Both the position numbers and the translations under genes were made by a program. DNA of 61,458 nucleotides, the filler included, from Hausera hauseri (Eukaryota), in the NCBI GenBank assembly GCA_046269625.1. It is 11 parts of 11 records of this genome, joined end to end, with 100 filler letters (N's around TTAATTAATTAA, not from the genome) between each part and the next. Parts side by side here need not be neighbours in the genome. Positions count along the whole stretch, not along the records: positions 30,807 to 40,855 come from JBJURY010247737.1; positions 40,956 to 45,595 come from JBJURY010492687.1; positions 45,696 to 52,149 come from JBJURY010099653.1; 8 more parts are not named here. One strand, 5' to 3'. Shown here one piece after another: positions 35,760-47,195 of this stretch (its first letter is position 1; every line of letters starts with the position of its first letter). A model generated the notes under the pieces. The model saw only the letters and a program-made list of their open reading frames with translations. It was not told the DNA's origin and made no database searches.

Positions 35760-37082
35760 AATAATTTCTGCATGCTCTCAGCAATTGAAATCATCATTTC
35801 CAATTTTGCTGGATAAGCAAGATCGCCGGAAGACGGAGAATACCCAAGTATTTGTGATTTTATATAAATATGGGTTCTGAATACGAGTCTTTCTTGCACA
35901 TCAACCAAAATTATTTGACACATTCGATCAATTGGTGAATCCGACAACTCTGTTTTCGCTGAAAAGTCTTCAACGAGCTCAAGTTTCAAAATACAACAAA
36001 GTTCAGCTAATGTTTCAAGATGATTTATATGTATAATAAAAGGCCTGAACTCGTCATATAAAATAGTACAAAGCTGCGTCAGCATTTCTTTAAGCATTTT
36101 ATAATCTGAGTTAACAAAAAATTGTTGATATAAATTGGTTTCATCATCGCGCATTCGAATCATTAAAGTTCCTCCACTCCTGACGAAAGCACAACGATCT
36201 TTTGGAAATCGATTGATTAAATCGTCAATAGAACACTTGATTACTTGATTTAAGAGCTCTTTTCTATTGGAAATAAAATGTTTTTCGCATTCTTGCAAAC
36301 TTTGTCCATATAAATCACAGATAAGCTTCCTGCTTGAAATTAACTCGATAAATGGTCGTAACTTAACACCCTGAGAACGAAATTTACCGCACAGCATCGT
36401 GAATGATTTATCCTGCGTAATTTCAGCCTTATTAGTAAACTGGGCAAATGTTTTATTAATTTCTTCAGTAAAAAATGTAGAAATTCTGTTTAAAATTTTC
36501 CATAAACAGTCTGTAACTTTCAGTAAATAATTTGATGATTCCCGGTAATTGATCTTTGATGAAAGAAATTTATAACAGTCATCAATCTGATTGAGAATAG
36601 GTTCCAAATTTTCAACGGTTAACTACAGACTGGGAAAAGATATTTTCATAGTTAAATTGTCTACTGCAATAAAATATTTTGAATTTTCCTCAATCGATTT
36701 GGCTTTCTCAATGTATTGGTTCTGATCATTCAAAAGATGTTGACATGCTTCATGCAATGCATTTGTTTTATTAGACGTGTTTAAGTATAATGTTTTTAAC
36801 TGGCTCATTTTGTCCAAACACTTCAATTTCCAAATGAATTTCATCACATAAGTTTTTCTTAGATTTTATGTCCAAAATAATGTCGTTGCTTTCTGCTTCT
36901 TCATCTACATTATCAAGAGACTTTTCTACCGAATCGAGCCAATTATAAACTTCATCAGCTAAAATTTCTTCGTAATCCGGAAATTGTTTAATTTTAAATT
37001 CAGCCTCGAACGTTTCTGAAACCATTAATTCACTATCCACATCCCACTTCTGACACCAATTTGTGGGTTGATTTAAATCCAT
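35760..37082 (-). pseudogene. COG3: COG3/Sec34 N-terminal part, with one frameshift and one stop, 3'-truncated
   Basis: TSNKTNALHEACQHLL; LNQIDDCYKFL...NYRESSNYL; LCTILYDEFRPFIIHINHLETLAELCCILK; DVQERLVFRTHIYIKSQILGYSPSSGDLAYPAKLEMM. Confidence 0.88.
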
Positions 37083-37440
37083 TGTTTAAAATAAATTCCA
37101 CAATGTAAATTCCAAAGAAATGAACTAGCAAAGAAAACAGTTGAGACTGTAAAGTTTATTCAAAAGTTTTTTATCGATCAACTTAATTAATGATTACATT
37201 TCTTTTATCTACAATATTTACATAAAAAGGCATTTGTATATATATACAATGAATGTCTAACACGTTGACTAACAATATTTACATAAAAAGGTATTTGTCC
37301 ACTGTCCAAATTCAGATCACCCATTTGATTGTCCAATAGCGGGAATATTGACAAAGTGTGGAATGACGTATTTGAAGTAATTGATTGAAGAGGATTGACA
37401 AGAAAGAGTATTGAAGAGTTGTAAGATGACGTAATCACAG

Positions 37441-37560
37441 GTTGTTATCTTCTGATTTGTTGAACGATTTCATTGAACAGGTTGTTATCTTCTGATTTGT
37501 TGAACGATTTCATTGAACGCGTTGTTATCTTCTGATTTGTTGAACGATTTCATTGAACGC
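37441..37560. repeat. Tandem repeat, 3 x 40 bp
   Basis: GTTGTTATCTTCTGATTTGTTGAACGATTTCATTGAAC(AG/GC) repeated three times. Confidence 0.95.
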
Positions 37561-37877
37561 GCCCACGACCGCGGCACCACATCGAGGTCCTGTCGATCGG
37601 TAATGTATTTATGTTTTTACTTCGAAGTTTCCGGATTGTCTGATAATATTTTCTAAGCACCACAATTTTCTTTGCTAGTTAACAGATAAAACTAAATTCA
37701 GTTTTCAAATCTAGTATTAATGAACACGAAACCTACCGTAAGGTTTCTTCTGATAAAATTATCAAGATCAGTTATATCAGGTTTTGAGAGAGCAAGTTAG
37801 TGTTAGTGTTGTTTGTAAATATCTCTGCGTGTATTTATTCTCTTCGATCTAGTACGGATATCTAAATTTAATTTTTT

Positions 37878-38075
37878 ATATTCATTTGACGTCAATCTAG
37901 TGATAACGGAAATTTAATTTTATATTCATTGGATGCATTTGACGTCATTCTGGTAATAACGGATATCTAAATTTTATATTCATTTGACGTCAAACGGCTG
38001 GCTGATTCAATTTCTATAATTAAGTTACTGACTAATTTCTATATCCAAACGACTGGCTGATTCAATTCTTATAAT
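37878..38075. promoter_or_regulatory. Repeated enhancer-like block with three TGACGTCA (CRE) palindromes, possibly LTR U3
   Basis: CATTTGACGTCA at 37887, 37940 and 37985 in about 50-bp imperfect repeats; CTGGCTGATTCAATT twice. Confidence 0.45.
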
Positions 38076-38367
38076 TAAAATTTAGTTATAAAATTCATGA
38101 TTTTATAATGGCTGTAAAATGGGTCACAATTACATACATACATCAGTAAACAAAGGAAATCCATCAACGGGTTCAACAGTTCAAAAGACAAAAGAGGATT
38201 TATTCCATTAAATATAAGTTGTCAATACATTAACTGTCATAAGTGTCAAAAATGTCAAAATCATGTTAAATGAACTGTGTCATTGTTAATGTCAAAGTTA
38301 TCGAAGTCATATGAATTGAGAGTAATAAGTCTGAGTCGGATCTCCAATAATCCCCAATTAATAGATC

Positions 38368-40742
38368 TTAACACTTATATAGCAAATAAGATATAGCCCT
38401 TTGAGCTTTTTCTCGCGTAATTCCTGTAGCCAACATCTTCTCCAGAATTTCCAATTTGTGTAGCTCATTTATCCTTTCTTCCTCTAGATTCTCATAAAAT
38501 TGTCTACTTATTCGCAGCATTCTATTACATAACGTAGTGAATACTTCATCTGGAATTATTACTTGCGTGTCGAATGAGCAAATGATGTGTGTAGCCTGGC
38601 CAGTAACGTTCTTAGTAAGGGATCTATGTCCACTGGTTTAGGGGAGTCATTTGTTCCTGCTAGTAATAAACGTCTTACTATTTCTTCATTTCTAACTTTC
38701 CTATTTTCGTTCCTCTCGGCCTGCCTCTTCTCTTGGCTTCCGTCTGAACCGTAACGTCTTGTGTATCACCCATAGGGTTTTCTACTCCTCGTTGTTCCAT
38801 TTCTCTTAGGATATCTTCCACTGTTGCTTTCGCTCTTGCCTTTGGATGTATTTCAGTTATATTTATCGGATTATAGTTCTCACTTCTGCATCCGATTCTC
38901 AGTAGTCTATAGTAACCGTATAGTGTCCTTCCACAATAAATTAATCCATAAGGACTGCCTTGATAAAATGGTTCCAGCTCCTATATCTTTTCTCGTAAGG
39001 TTTGTATGTCATCATTTTTGTTCATCCGGATGACTTTCATATCTTGATTTCCTTCTTTTATCGTTATTCCGATAGCTTCATTTCTTCATTTCTCTTCTTC
39101 GGCAGCTTTGGCTGGCACAGTCCTGGCTATTTCTCTCACAGGACTGATATCTTGGGCTAACAATACCAATTGCGGTAAAATTTCATTTATTCTTTCTACC
39201 GTTACATTACTGGTAATTATCTTCAGTATTGTAGTAGTTGTTTTATCTACATCGACTATATTATTGGGGTCTATTGTCACTACAGATTGTATAATATCAT
39301 CTTCTTCGTCTAAGTCTACACCGGGATTCTTTATTATTTGATCCAATATCGTGGCATCAAAAATCGGTGAGGCTTCGGTTTCCTCCTGACTAAGGGAAGG
39401 TGTACTGAGATTACTCTTCTTTCTTCACCTTTTCTTTTCCTTTTCTACTTCTTCTCTTTCTGTTGACGTCTCTCTTAACTCGACGTCCATGTCGACTATT
39501 TTCTTATTACTTTTCTTTTTTCCTTTACGAGATATCTGTTTCTCCGGTTGATCTCCTACCATGTAGATATTACTTTCTTTCAGTCTTTGTTGTTGTCTTT
39601 TATACTCCTTCACTTCTATTTCTAATTGCTTCTTCATACGTAGGGATAATGAATCATTTATATAGTTAATACTTTCTTTCTTCTTGTCTCTCTTCTTAAC
39701 TTCTTGTTCACTAACACTATCATCCGTTTCGTATTCTCTGTCGGATGATTCGTCTGACGTAGCTGATACATTATCTCTCTTTTGCTTATTCTTAATACTT
39801 GGTTTTGAGGAGTCCCTTTTACGTGATCTACATGATTTTGCTATGTCCATACTTATTACAATTGAAACATTTTAGTATGACTTCGGAATCTATGTTAGGT
39901 AGTGATCTTCCATCTTTCTTATATTTCTTCTTATAACTTGCTTTTTCTCCGTCGTTCTGTAAATTGAATCTCACTTTTCTTTCTCCATCTGATTCAGCTT
40001 CGGTGGCTGACGTTTGTGAGGGGCTTCTATTTCTTTCATAGCGTTGATATTTTTGCATACTATTATTTCGTGTTTTGTCGTAGCCATTATTATTACTTTT
40101 AAATTTATTCCACCTATACAATTCCGCATCTCGTTCGGCCTTTCGTGCCTTTCTTATGGCTTCCTGGAAGGTAGGTAAGTCTGCTTGTGAGATTATCATC
40201 CTTAATCTTTCTTCTAATCCGTACTGAAACTGGGCTAACAACGCATTGTTTCGTATCGTAACGTCAGGATGTGCTCTCGCTGCGAGTTTCTCCAATGCGC
40301 AGACAAAGGCCTGGACTGTTTCATCTTTTCGTTGCCTCCTTCTTATAAATTCTTCAATTCTCTCCTTTCCAGAGGGATCTATCAGAAACTTTTGAGGCAG
40401 ATTTTCTTTAATTCCTTTCGAGTCCTTCTTATTTTCTTCAGGCATTTGGAAATAAATCACGAAAGCCGTCCCTTTTAAATGAAGGGGTAATCTTTCCATT
40501 CTTTGCTTGTTGTCTCAGCCAAAACTTTTGGAATATACTTCGTATTCCATCATAAAATCTTGTATATTTTCTTTACCTGAAAACGTCTTCATTGGTAAGG
40601 TGAAGTCAGCCTTTGACTGAATCATCTGCTCTACATTTTGGTTTGCCATGGGTTATTCTTCGCTTAAATTTTGTATATACTCTAATCCAAAGGGTACGTT
40701 TTCTTCAGGTTGGTACACTGTTCCTTTTCTTGTCGTTATCAT
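38368..40742 (-). pseudogene. gag: Retrotransposon Gag polyprotein: capsid - CCHC knuckle - charged linker - ubiquitin-like domain - AT-hook - UBA-like tail; no pol
   Basis: KTFSGKENIQDF...G*DNKQRMERLPLHLKGTA, RRQRKDETVQAF, QFQYGLEE, CFNCNKYGH(fs)IAKSC. The same frame continues through three stops to IGITIK...DDIQTLREKI*ELE...GLIYCGRTL and KRRGRPRG. Confidence 0.75.
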
Positions 40743-40778
40743 GCTACCGTTAATCTAAAGGCCTATTAATTAAAATGT

Positions 40779-40796
40779 TCCCGGGTCACGGCACTA
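40779..40796 (-). other. Primer-binding site, tRNA-His-like
   Basis: TAGTGCCGTGACCCGGGA versus canonical TGGTGCCGTGACTCGGAT, just upstream of gag ATG 40742. Confidence 0.75.
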
Positions 40797-40855
40797 GTTT
40801 ATTCAGTATTCACTAAGGGTATCCTTATAACTACAATTAAAATCGTTCTTTTGTC

Positions 40856-40955
40856 NNNNNNNNNNNNNNNNNNNNNNNNNNNNNNNNNNNNNNNNNNNNT
40901 TAATTAATTAANNNNNNNNNNNNNNNNNNNNNNNNNNNNNNNNNNNNNNNNNNNN
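40856..40955. other. Artificial contig spacer
   Basis: N44-TTAATTAATTAA-N44. Confidence 0.98.
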
Positions 40956-43379
40956 AAATCCTTTTATTGGCTTTCTTATCGACCATCAATTTCATTCGAG
41001 ATTCCTTCGTTCGTTGCACCGTATCGTTCTCCTGGGAATCATTCGGGGCATAGTGTCGCTAGCGTACGTGTTCTCGGAAATTCGTCCGTTGTCATTCTTT
41101 TCGGTGATGTGTCATGTGAGCCTTTCCCTTTCATTCAACACATAGGATTGTTCTTCCAGGAATTGCTCTGCGCGTTTTTTGCTGTCGTTCGTTTTCTGGG
41201 TAATTAAACGGCAGTATCCTTTTCGGTCGTCGATTTTATCTGAACCGTGTTCGATTCTGCCCTACCTCGTCTATTGATGTTCATATCGTTCGTCTGCTTC
41301 ACTCTATCCTTCCCTTTTGATTCATTGTAGAAGGTCGTTCTTCTGAGAATGGTTCGTTTGACTGTTTCATCGGAGGCTTTTCCTTTCGTTTGTCGTTGAG
41401 ATTCCCTCTGGTCGATCTTACCGGATTGGATTGATTCGGCGTTTGAGTGAGAATTTTTCTTTTCATTTCAGAAAACCAAAATCTCCTTTAAACAGCATAT
41501 TCAAACAAATTAATTCCTTTTTTCATCCCATTTCCTGATTGACTAATTTAATTTTTTAAATTGACTGGAAGTCAGTTCGTGGAAATTCGATGCAGATCAA
41601 TTTTTCTGAAATTCTTCGAGGGTTTCGAATTTATTTGTAGTTTCCTGCCTTATATTAGTGGTTTTAATTTCGCAGGGTTAATGTCATGTAGGCAAAATTT
41701 ATATAAACGAATTGATTTCGTGTAGTTTTTTCACGTGAGCGAGACTGAATTTAAATTTTGCTGTAAAGTAACGCATTACATTAACAATTAAATATGGCTT
41801 TATAAAATGTATTCCCTACACTTGGAAATTAGCAAAATACTACGAACCAAAAACTAAACACATTGTTAGAAATCCTTTCTATACCGGAAGAAACGAAATT
41901 TCACCTAGATGGATATGCTGTTGGATCCCCCACCTGTTGATGTTTTTTTATAATCATGAAAAGTCAGAATGATGACAGATACCCTATAGTCGATGAAACC
42001 AACAGTTCAATAGTGGAAGCGGAAGGCCATATTTTATGTCCATCAAGAAGCTGGAAGGGGTTTTCAGTGAAAGTTATGTTATTCTTTTGGTTCGATTCAA
42101 TTTAATAATTAATCACCAGGAACAACAGTTAATCCAGATGAATGAAAATATTATGTTTCGGTGAGCCCTACTTAACACCCGAACTATAACAATGAAACTT
42201 AAAGTTTGGGAAAATTTAAATGCAGTCGATTTGTGTCGAGTTAATGCAAAGTTAATAACGTTCTTCGACCTATATTTTATGTAATTTTAAGTAAAGTTTA
42301 AACCTATGGTGGTCAAACTCTCCTGATGGGACAGTGAAAAACTATATAGAAATTTTAACAAAAAATAATTCAAATAAACTTTATTTCGCGGTAAACAACC
42401 TCAGAAAAAGAAAATCGATCAGTGAATAAGTTACGTCAGTTCAATAATCAGTCAATTAATGGTACGTTCAATTTCTCTCGAATCGGTTATAAGGTCGACG
42501 TGATTTCAAATGGATCGTTTTGATTCCTGATTTTCAGTATTTGAAGCCTGCTTATATAGTGGAACTGGTCACCGTATTTACAATCTGATTAAACAATTAA
42601 TTTAAATTTTTCAGGTTTTAATACCATTGCAATTATTTCCATATTTACTATTTGATTGTTGTGTATTTTGATAATTGAAATTCTACAATAATTCTATGAT
42701 TAATATTTACAATTCAACTATTGGCTTAAATAAACAATTTGCATTCTAACTAATTTCGACTGTGCCAACTCGTTGTAATGCATTACGTTACACATATATT
42801 GTTTCCTATCCAAACCGGCTTAAAGATTTATCGATTTCAATGTGCTTCACCTTCAATTTTACCTCAACTGCACATTCAAATTAAGAACCGTTGAATTACA
42901 TAGTATTTTTACTGAATTTTACCATATTGAAAAACCTTGTTTTAATACACCGCGACGCCCTGCACCTCACCAATTTCGATTTGCTTATAAGTGTTTGTGC
43001 ATGTGGAATCGAACTAGGTCGTTAGATTCTTCGAATAATGTACGCTTGACCGAGTTTTCAAGTTTGAATAGCTAAATATTCGACTTTTGATCTCAATTTC
43101 GAATAGGTGATATCATATTCCGATTCGCCATATATGGATTCCTATTTGTATGCGGTTATTAGATTTATCGATTTATGCCTCACTGAGCTCAAAATGCACA
43201 TGTTTCTTAAATCGAAATATTGATTTTATATATATAGAACATTTTTATGGAATAATTTTAATGGATTTTTCGAAAAATTCGAAGTTCAATATTGGGGCAA
43301 AAAATTTTTGAATATGTGACTCAATATTAGAGATCTCCATACTCGGTTTCATATTTGTCCCCGCTCAATGTAATATCGA

Positions 43380-43716
43380 ATTTTCGATTTAAATTCTAAT
43401 TGCATATTTGTTTAGTGCACCATTTTTCCAATAGATTGCACCAAGTGTCATTTGTTAATCATCAATATTAGAATAATCGGAAATCCGATATTATTGATTT
43501 TCACCCATTTGCACATGTGCACGTGCAATGTATAATGCACCAATCAATGCGCCTGGATGTTCACTATCGATTAGCACTTTGTTCTAATCTATTCGATCAA
43601 TACTGCATGTGCCGATCGATAGCGCACCGGATGCATTATCGATTAGCTTATGTGAAATATCGATTTATCGATTACCTCCCCCTGTGGTGGTGGCGAAAGC
43701 CCATTTTTCCCTAACG
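43380..43716 (-). repeat. Second, inverted, diverged copy of the terminal repeat at 19164-19582 (may extend left to about 42800)
   Basis: CAATCAATGCGCCTGGATGTTCACTATCGATTAGCACTTTG matches the reverse complement of 19380-19420; ends GGCGAAAGCCCATTTTTCCCTAAC. Confidence 0.75.
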
Positions 43717-45595
43717 ATTACACAAAATTTTATTTAATTCAAGGTACTTTAATTTCAATAGATTTAATCCAGATAATGAGAAAATCTTTTAGTGATCCTG
43801 TTCAAGAACATTTTAGAAGCCTACCATCGATGATTTTGTAATTATGATTAAAAAAACTATTATTGAATAGGATTTTTTCAGATAAAATGTTGTTAATGAT
43901 AGCAAATGGAATTCGTGGTGAAATTTCTCGAGTTATGGGAAAACACAATTTATCAGTATATAATAAGCATTTAGATAAAAAGAAATTGAATTGCACAGAA
44001 AATTAAATAAATATGAATTAAATGATTCACGAAAACATTTCAAAATTATTTATATTATATATTTAGGTGGAAATAATCTATATGGTTATGCAATGTCTTA
44101 ATGTTTACCAAGAGAAAATTTTAAGTGGCTCAAACCAACAAAAAAAATCATAAATTTTTATCAACACCAAAAGATTCAAAAATAGGTTATATTTTAGAGG
44201 TTGATTTAGAATATTCAAATAAACTGTTGACAGATTGATTCCCATTAAATTCAGAAACAATTATTTCAAAATTCTGTGATTTATCAGCATACCAACAAAA
44301 TATGATAAATAAAAAGGAAGTAAAAGTATGAAAATTATGTACACAAAATAATAAAACAAATAATGTCATACATTATAAGAATTTACAGTTTTTGGTTAAA
44401 TCATGGAATGACACAAAAAACAATTAATAGCATTTTATCACTCAATTAGTCTCCATTGTTAAAACAATATATTTGTTAGGAAAATTAGTAAGTTAAATAG
44501 AAATTAATAAAACTAATAAAATTAAAACTGTGAATGATGATAATTAAGTGCAATAGAATAGCCGATTTAGACTAAGTAAATTATATAGCAAATTCAGTCT
44601 TTGTTTAAAGTAATCAATTTCAATGCATGAGGTGATCACGACTAGTCTTGATTCCTATTGGCTAGATCTGATTGAAAATTGTTATATAAACCGTTGATAT
44701 TTTACATTTGTTTGAACAATTTTTCTCCGTAAATCCGAAGAACAGTTTCCTCACGGTAATTCCGTAGAGATATAGCTGAATCAGCAAAGTGCTAAAAAGG
44801 AGCTATTTTACTGCATGTTTTGCAAGTGTTATTACTATTCACCTCAGTGTTAGAGATAGTTTTCGCTGCGTAATTTTCAAGTATTGTTACAAGCCACCAT
44901 ATTGGTAGAATCTTTTTTATTGTGACTGCATAAATTGCAAATACATCTGTGTTTTATTCTGTAACGCTGGTATCATTTTGGTTTATTTATAATTGGTTTA
45001 CTATTCAGTTTGGTTGGATTATTTCAAATAAACAGTCGTCGTTTCATCGGGTTATTCTTGTGAAATAGTTGTATTTGAGTTTAGAATAAATAGTCGCAGA
45101 CTATCGTGAACTATAAGAATTTTAATTACAAAGAACCGTAATTGTAATATATTGATTTAAATACTCAAAAAATAAGTCAGACAAATAATGAATTCGACAA
45201 AGACATGTATTGGTTATTAAATCATTCAAGACAAGACAACCTGCTAGTTACACCAAATTTAGCAGAAGCAAGAAAAATAATAAGAAAACCAACATTTAAA
45301 AAGAAAATTATACTTCCAGAGGATATAATGACAGTTCATAAACGCAGAACAAAGACAAAGTTTGAAAAACCAGTTTCTTTATGGATTTGTATGTTAGAAT
45401 TATCGAAATTATTAATGTATGAATTCTTCTATAATATATTGGTACCAAAATTTGGAAACAATATTGAATAAGGCTACATGGATACGGATGCATTCATTTG
45501 AAATACAGATGATATGCGTATTCAGAGATTTGATTGATTTAAATGAATATATGGACTTTTGTGATTATGACGACTATCATAAAATATCTGATGGT
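43717..45595 (+). pseudogene. Second Polinton pPolB relic (AT-rich, different family), interrupted by a solo LTR
   Basis: DYTKFYL..., ANGIRGEIS, YLGGNNLYGYAMS..LP..NFKW, GYILEVDLEY, KQYI|DLNT, KPVSLWICMLELSKLLMYEFFY, YMDTD. Confidence 0.82.
44474..45149. mobile_element. Solo LTR (676 bp) with 4-bp target-site duplication TATT
   Basis: TATT|TGTTA...TAATA|TATT; removing it restores pPolB CAA TAT ATT GAT TTA AAT (QYIDLN). Internal TATATAAA and AATAAA. Confidence 0.8.
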
Positions 45596-45695
45596 NNNNN
45601 NNNNNNNNNNNNNNNNNNNNNNNNNNNNNNNNNNNNNNNTTAATTAATTAANNNNNNNNNNNNNNNNNNNNNNNNNNNNNNNNNNNNNNNNNNNN
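45596..45695. other. Artificial contig spacer
   Basis: N44-TTAATTAATTAA-N44. Confidence 0.98.
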
Positions 45696-47195
45696 TTTGG
45701 AGCAGGTTCTCTGCGCAGCTGAGGCTCCATCTGTCTCAGTTTGAGAATGACGGCAACAATAATAATAGTAGTAATAACAGTAATACCGGATATAACACCA
45801 GCAATGATGATGTATCTCTGTTCCATTTCTAAGGCTGAATCAATCATTGTGGCGTTTGTGAAATCAACTTTGATATATAAATACGTGTTGTTATGAAGGC
45901 GTGGGTTTCCAAAGTCTTGGACAGAAAATGTCAGTCTGAAGTTTGTTTCACTGCTTCTTGTCAGACGTCTCGCCAAGTAAACAGCGCCAGTGGAATTGTC
46001 AATGCCGAAAGTCTGTCGAGGATTACCCTCGGCGATCAGGTATAGGAGCTGGGAGTTTCTGCCGAGGTCTAAATCTGTGGCACTGACTGATGTAAAGACC
46101 GTCCCCGGAGACATGTTTGCACTGATTGTTATGGAATCATTTCCAGGCCAGGGATAGATAATTTGTGGACTGTTATCGTTGGCATCACTGACGCTTATGG
46201 TTAGGGTTGCAGTGGTGGTTAACGAAGGTGTTCCCATATCACATACAGACACGATGATTTTATAAACGTCCTCTGCTTCCCTATCGAATGTCTTCACGGT
46301 AGTTATGGCGCCAGATTTAGAAACTTGGAAGCTTGTATTCGGATCGGAGACTAGATGAAACACAAGCTTTCCGTTGATACCCTCGTCTCCGTCTGTGGCA
46401 CTAATTTGAGCAACGAATGTGCCAGGTTCCTCATTTTCCTTGGTTTGGTACTCAGTTCTCGTGATCCGTGGGGAAATGTCATTGACGTCTTCAACAAATA
46501 TCGTCACTGTGACGCTTCCTGTCAACGAGGGTTTTCCTTTGTCGACGGCCTGAATGGTTAGATACAGTATTGGATTAGCTTCTCTGTCGACTGCAGATTG
46601 AAGGGATACCCAACCTGTAAATGGGTCAACAGTGAATGCGTCACTAGTGTTCATCGTCAGGTGATACGTTACTTCACTATTGATGCCTTCGTCAAGGTCA
46701 GTAGTGGATACTTGGACAACATTTTCATGCATCTTCTCGTTTTCTGTAACACTACCACTGTAGCTTGATCCAGGGAAAACTGGACTGTTGTCATTGACAT
46801 CAGACACTCGAACCGTGAAATTCACGGACGTTGACAGACTTGGCAACCCTCGATCTGAACACTTCAGAATAACAGTCATCTCGCTTTCCGATTCTCTGTC
46901 CAGCGTCGCCTTGACTTCGATAGCAAGACCGTTTTCTTCAATAGGCGTAAGAGCAAAATGAGAATTCAAAGAAACGCAGTCAACTGCCCCACTGTCTCCT
47001 TCATCAGTATCGTGGTACCTCAGTCTTCCGACAAACGATGCCAGTGAAATATCTTCGGATAATTGAACGCTATTTGGATAGACTGGGTCTGCAAGAATGA
47101 GTGATAGCTTGGGTGGTGTGTTTCCAACATCGAGAACATTAATTACAACAATAGCTTGTGATGCTTTAGGAGATCCCCCATGATCCTTTGCATGA
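45696..47195 (-). CDS. Protocadherin large exon (at least four cadherin repeats plus TM), 5'-truncated or interrupted
   Basis: LDRES, VSDVNDNSP, VDREA, EDVNDISP, FDREA, SDANDNSP; TM YIIIAGVISGITVITTIIIVAVIL. Sequence upstream of AKDHGGSP is not cadherin. Confidence 0.88.

Noticed and set aside
35029-35880. Plus-strand ORFs overlapping Smaug, and similar antisense ORFs elsewhere in the track
   Set aside because: Shadow ORFs of genuine opposite-strand coding sequence with no independent motifs.
37441-37560. 40-bp repeats as a CRISPR array
   Set aside because: Head-to-tail copies without spacers, no cas genes, eukaryotic context.
38520-38640. Ddi1-like retropepsin between the UBL and UBA-like segments
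   Set aside because: Only ICSFDTQ is present; there is no D(T/S)GA motif and the spacing is too short.
13866-40855. piggyBac plus viral genes as one giant Teratorn-like composite element
   Set aside because: The components are on different contigs and no herpesvirus core genes are seen.
40956-42400. Coding-like purine-skewed segments
   Set aside because: Multiple stops in all frames and no recognisable motif.
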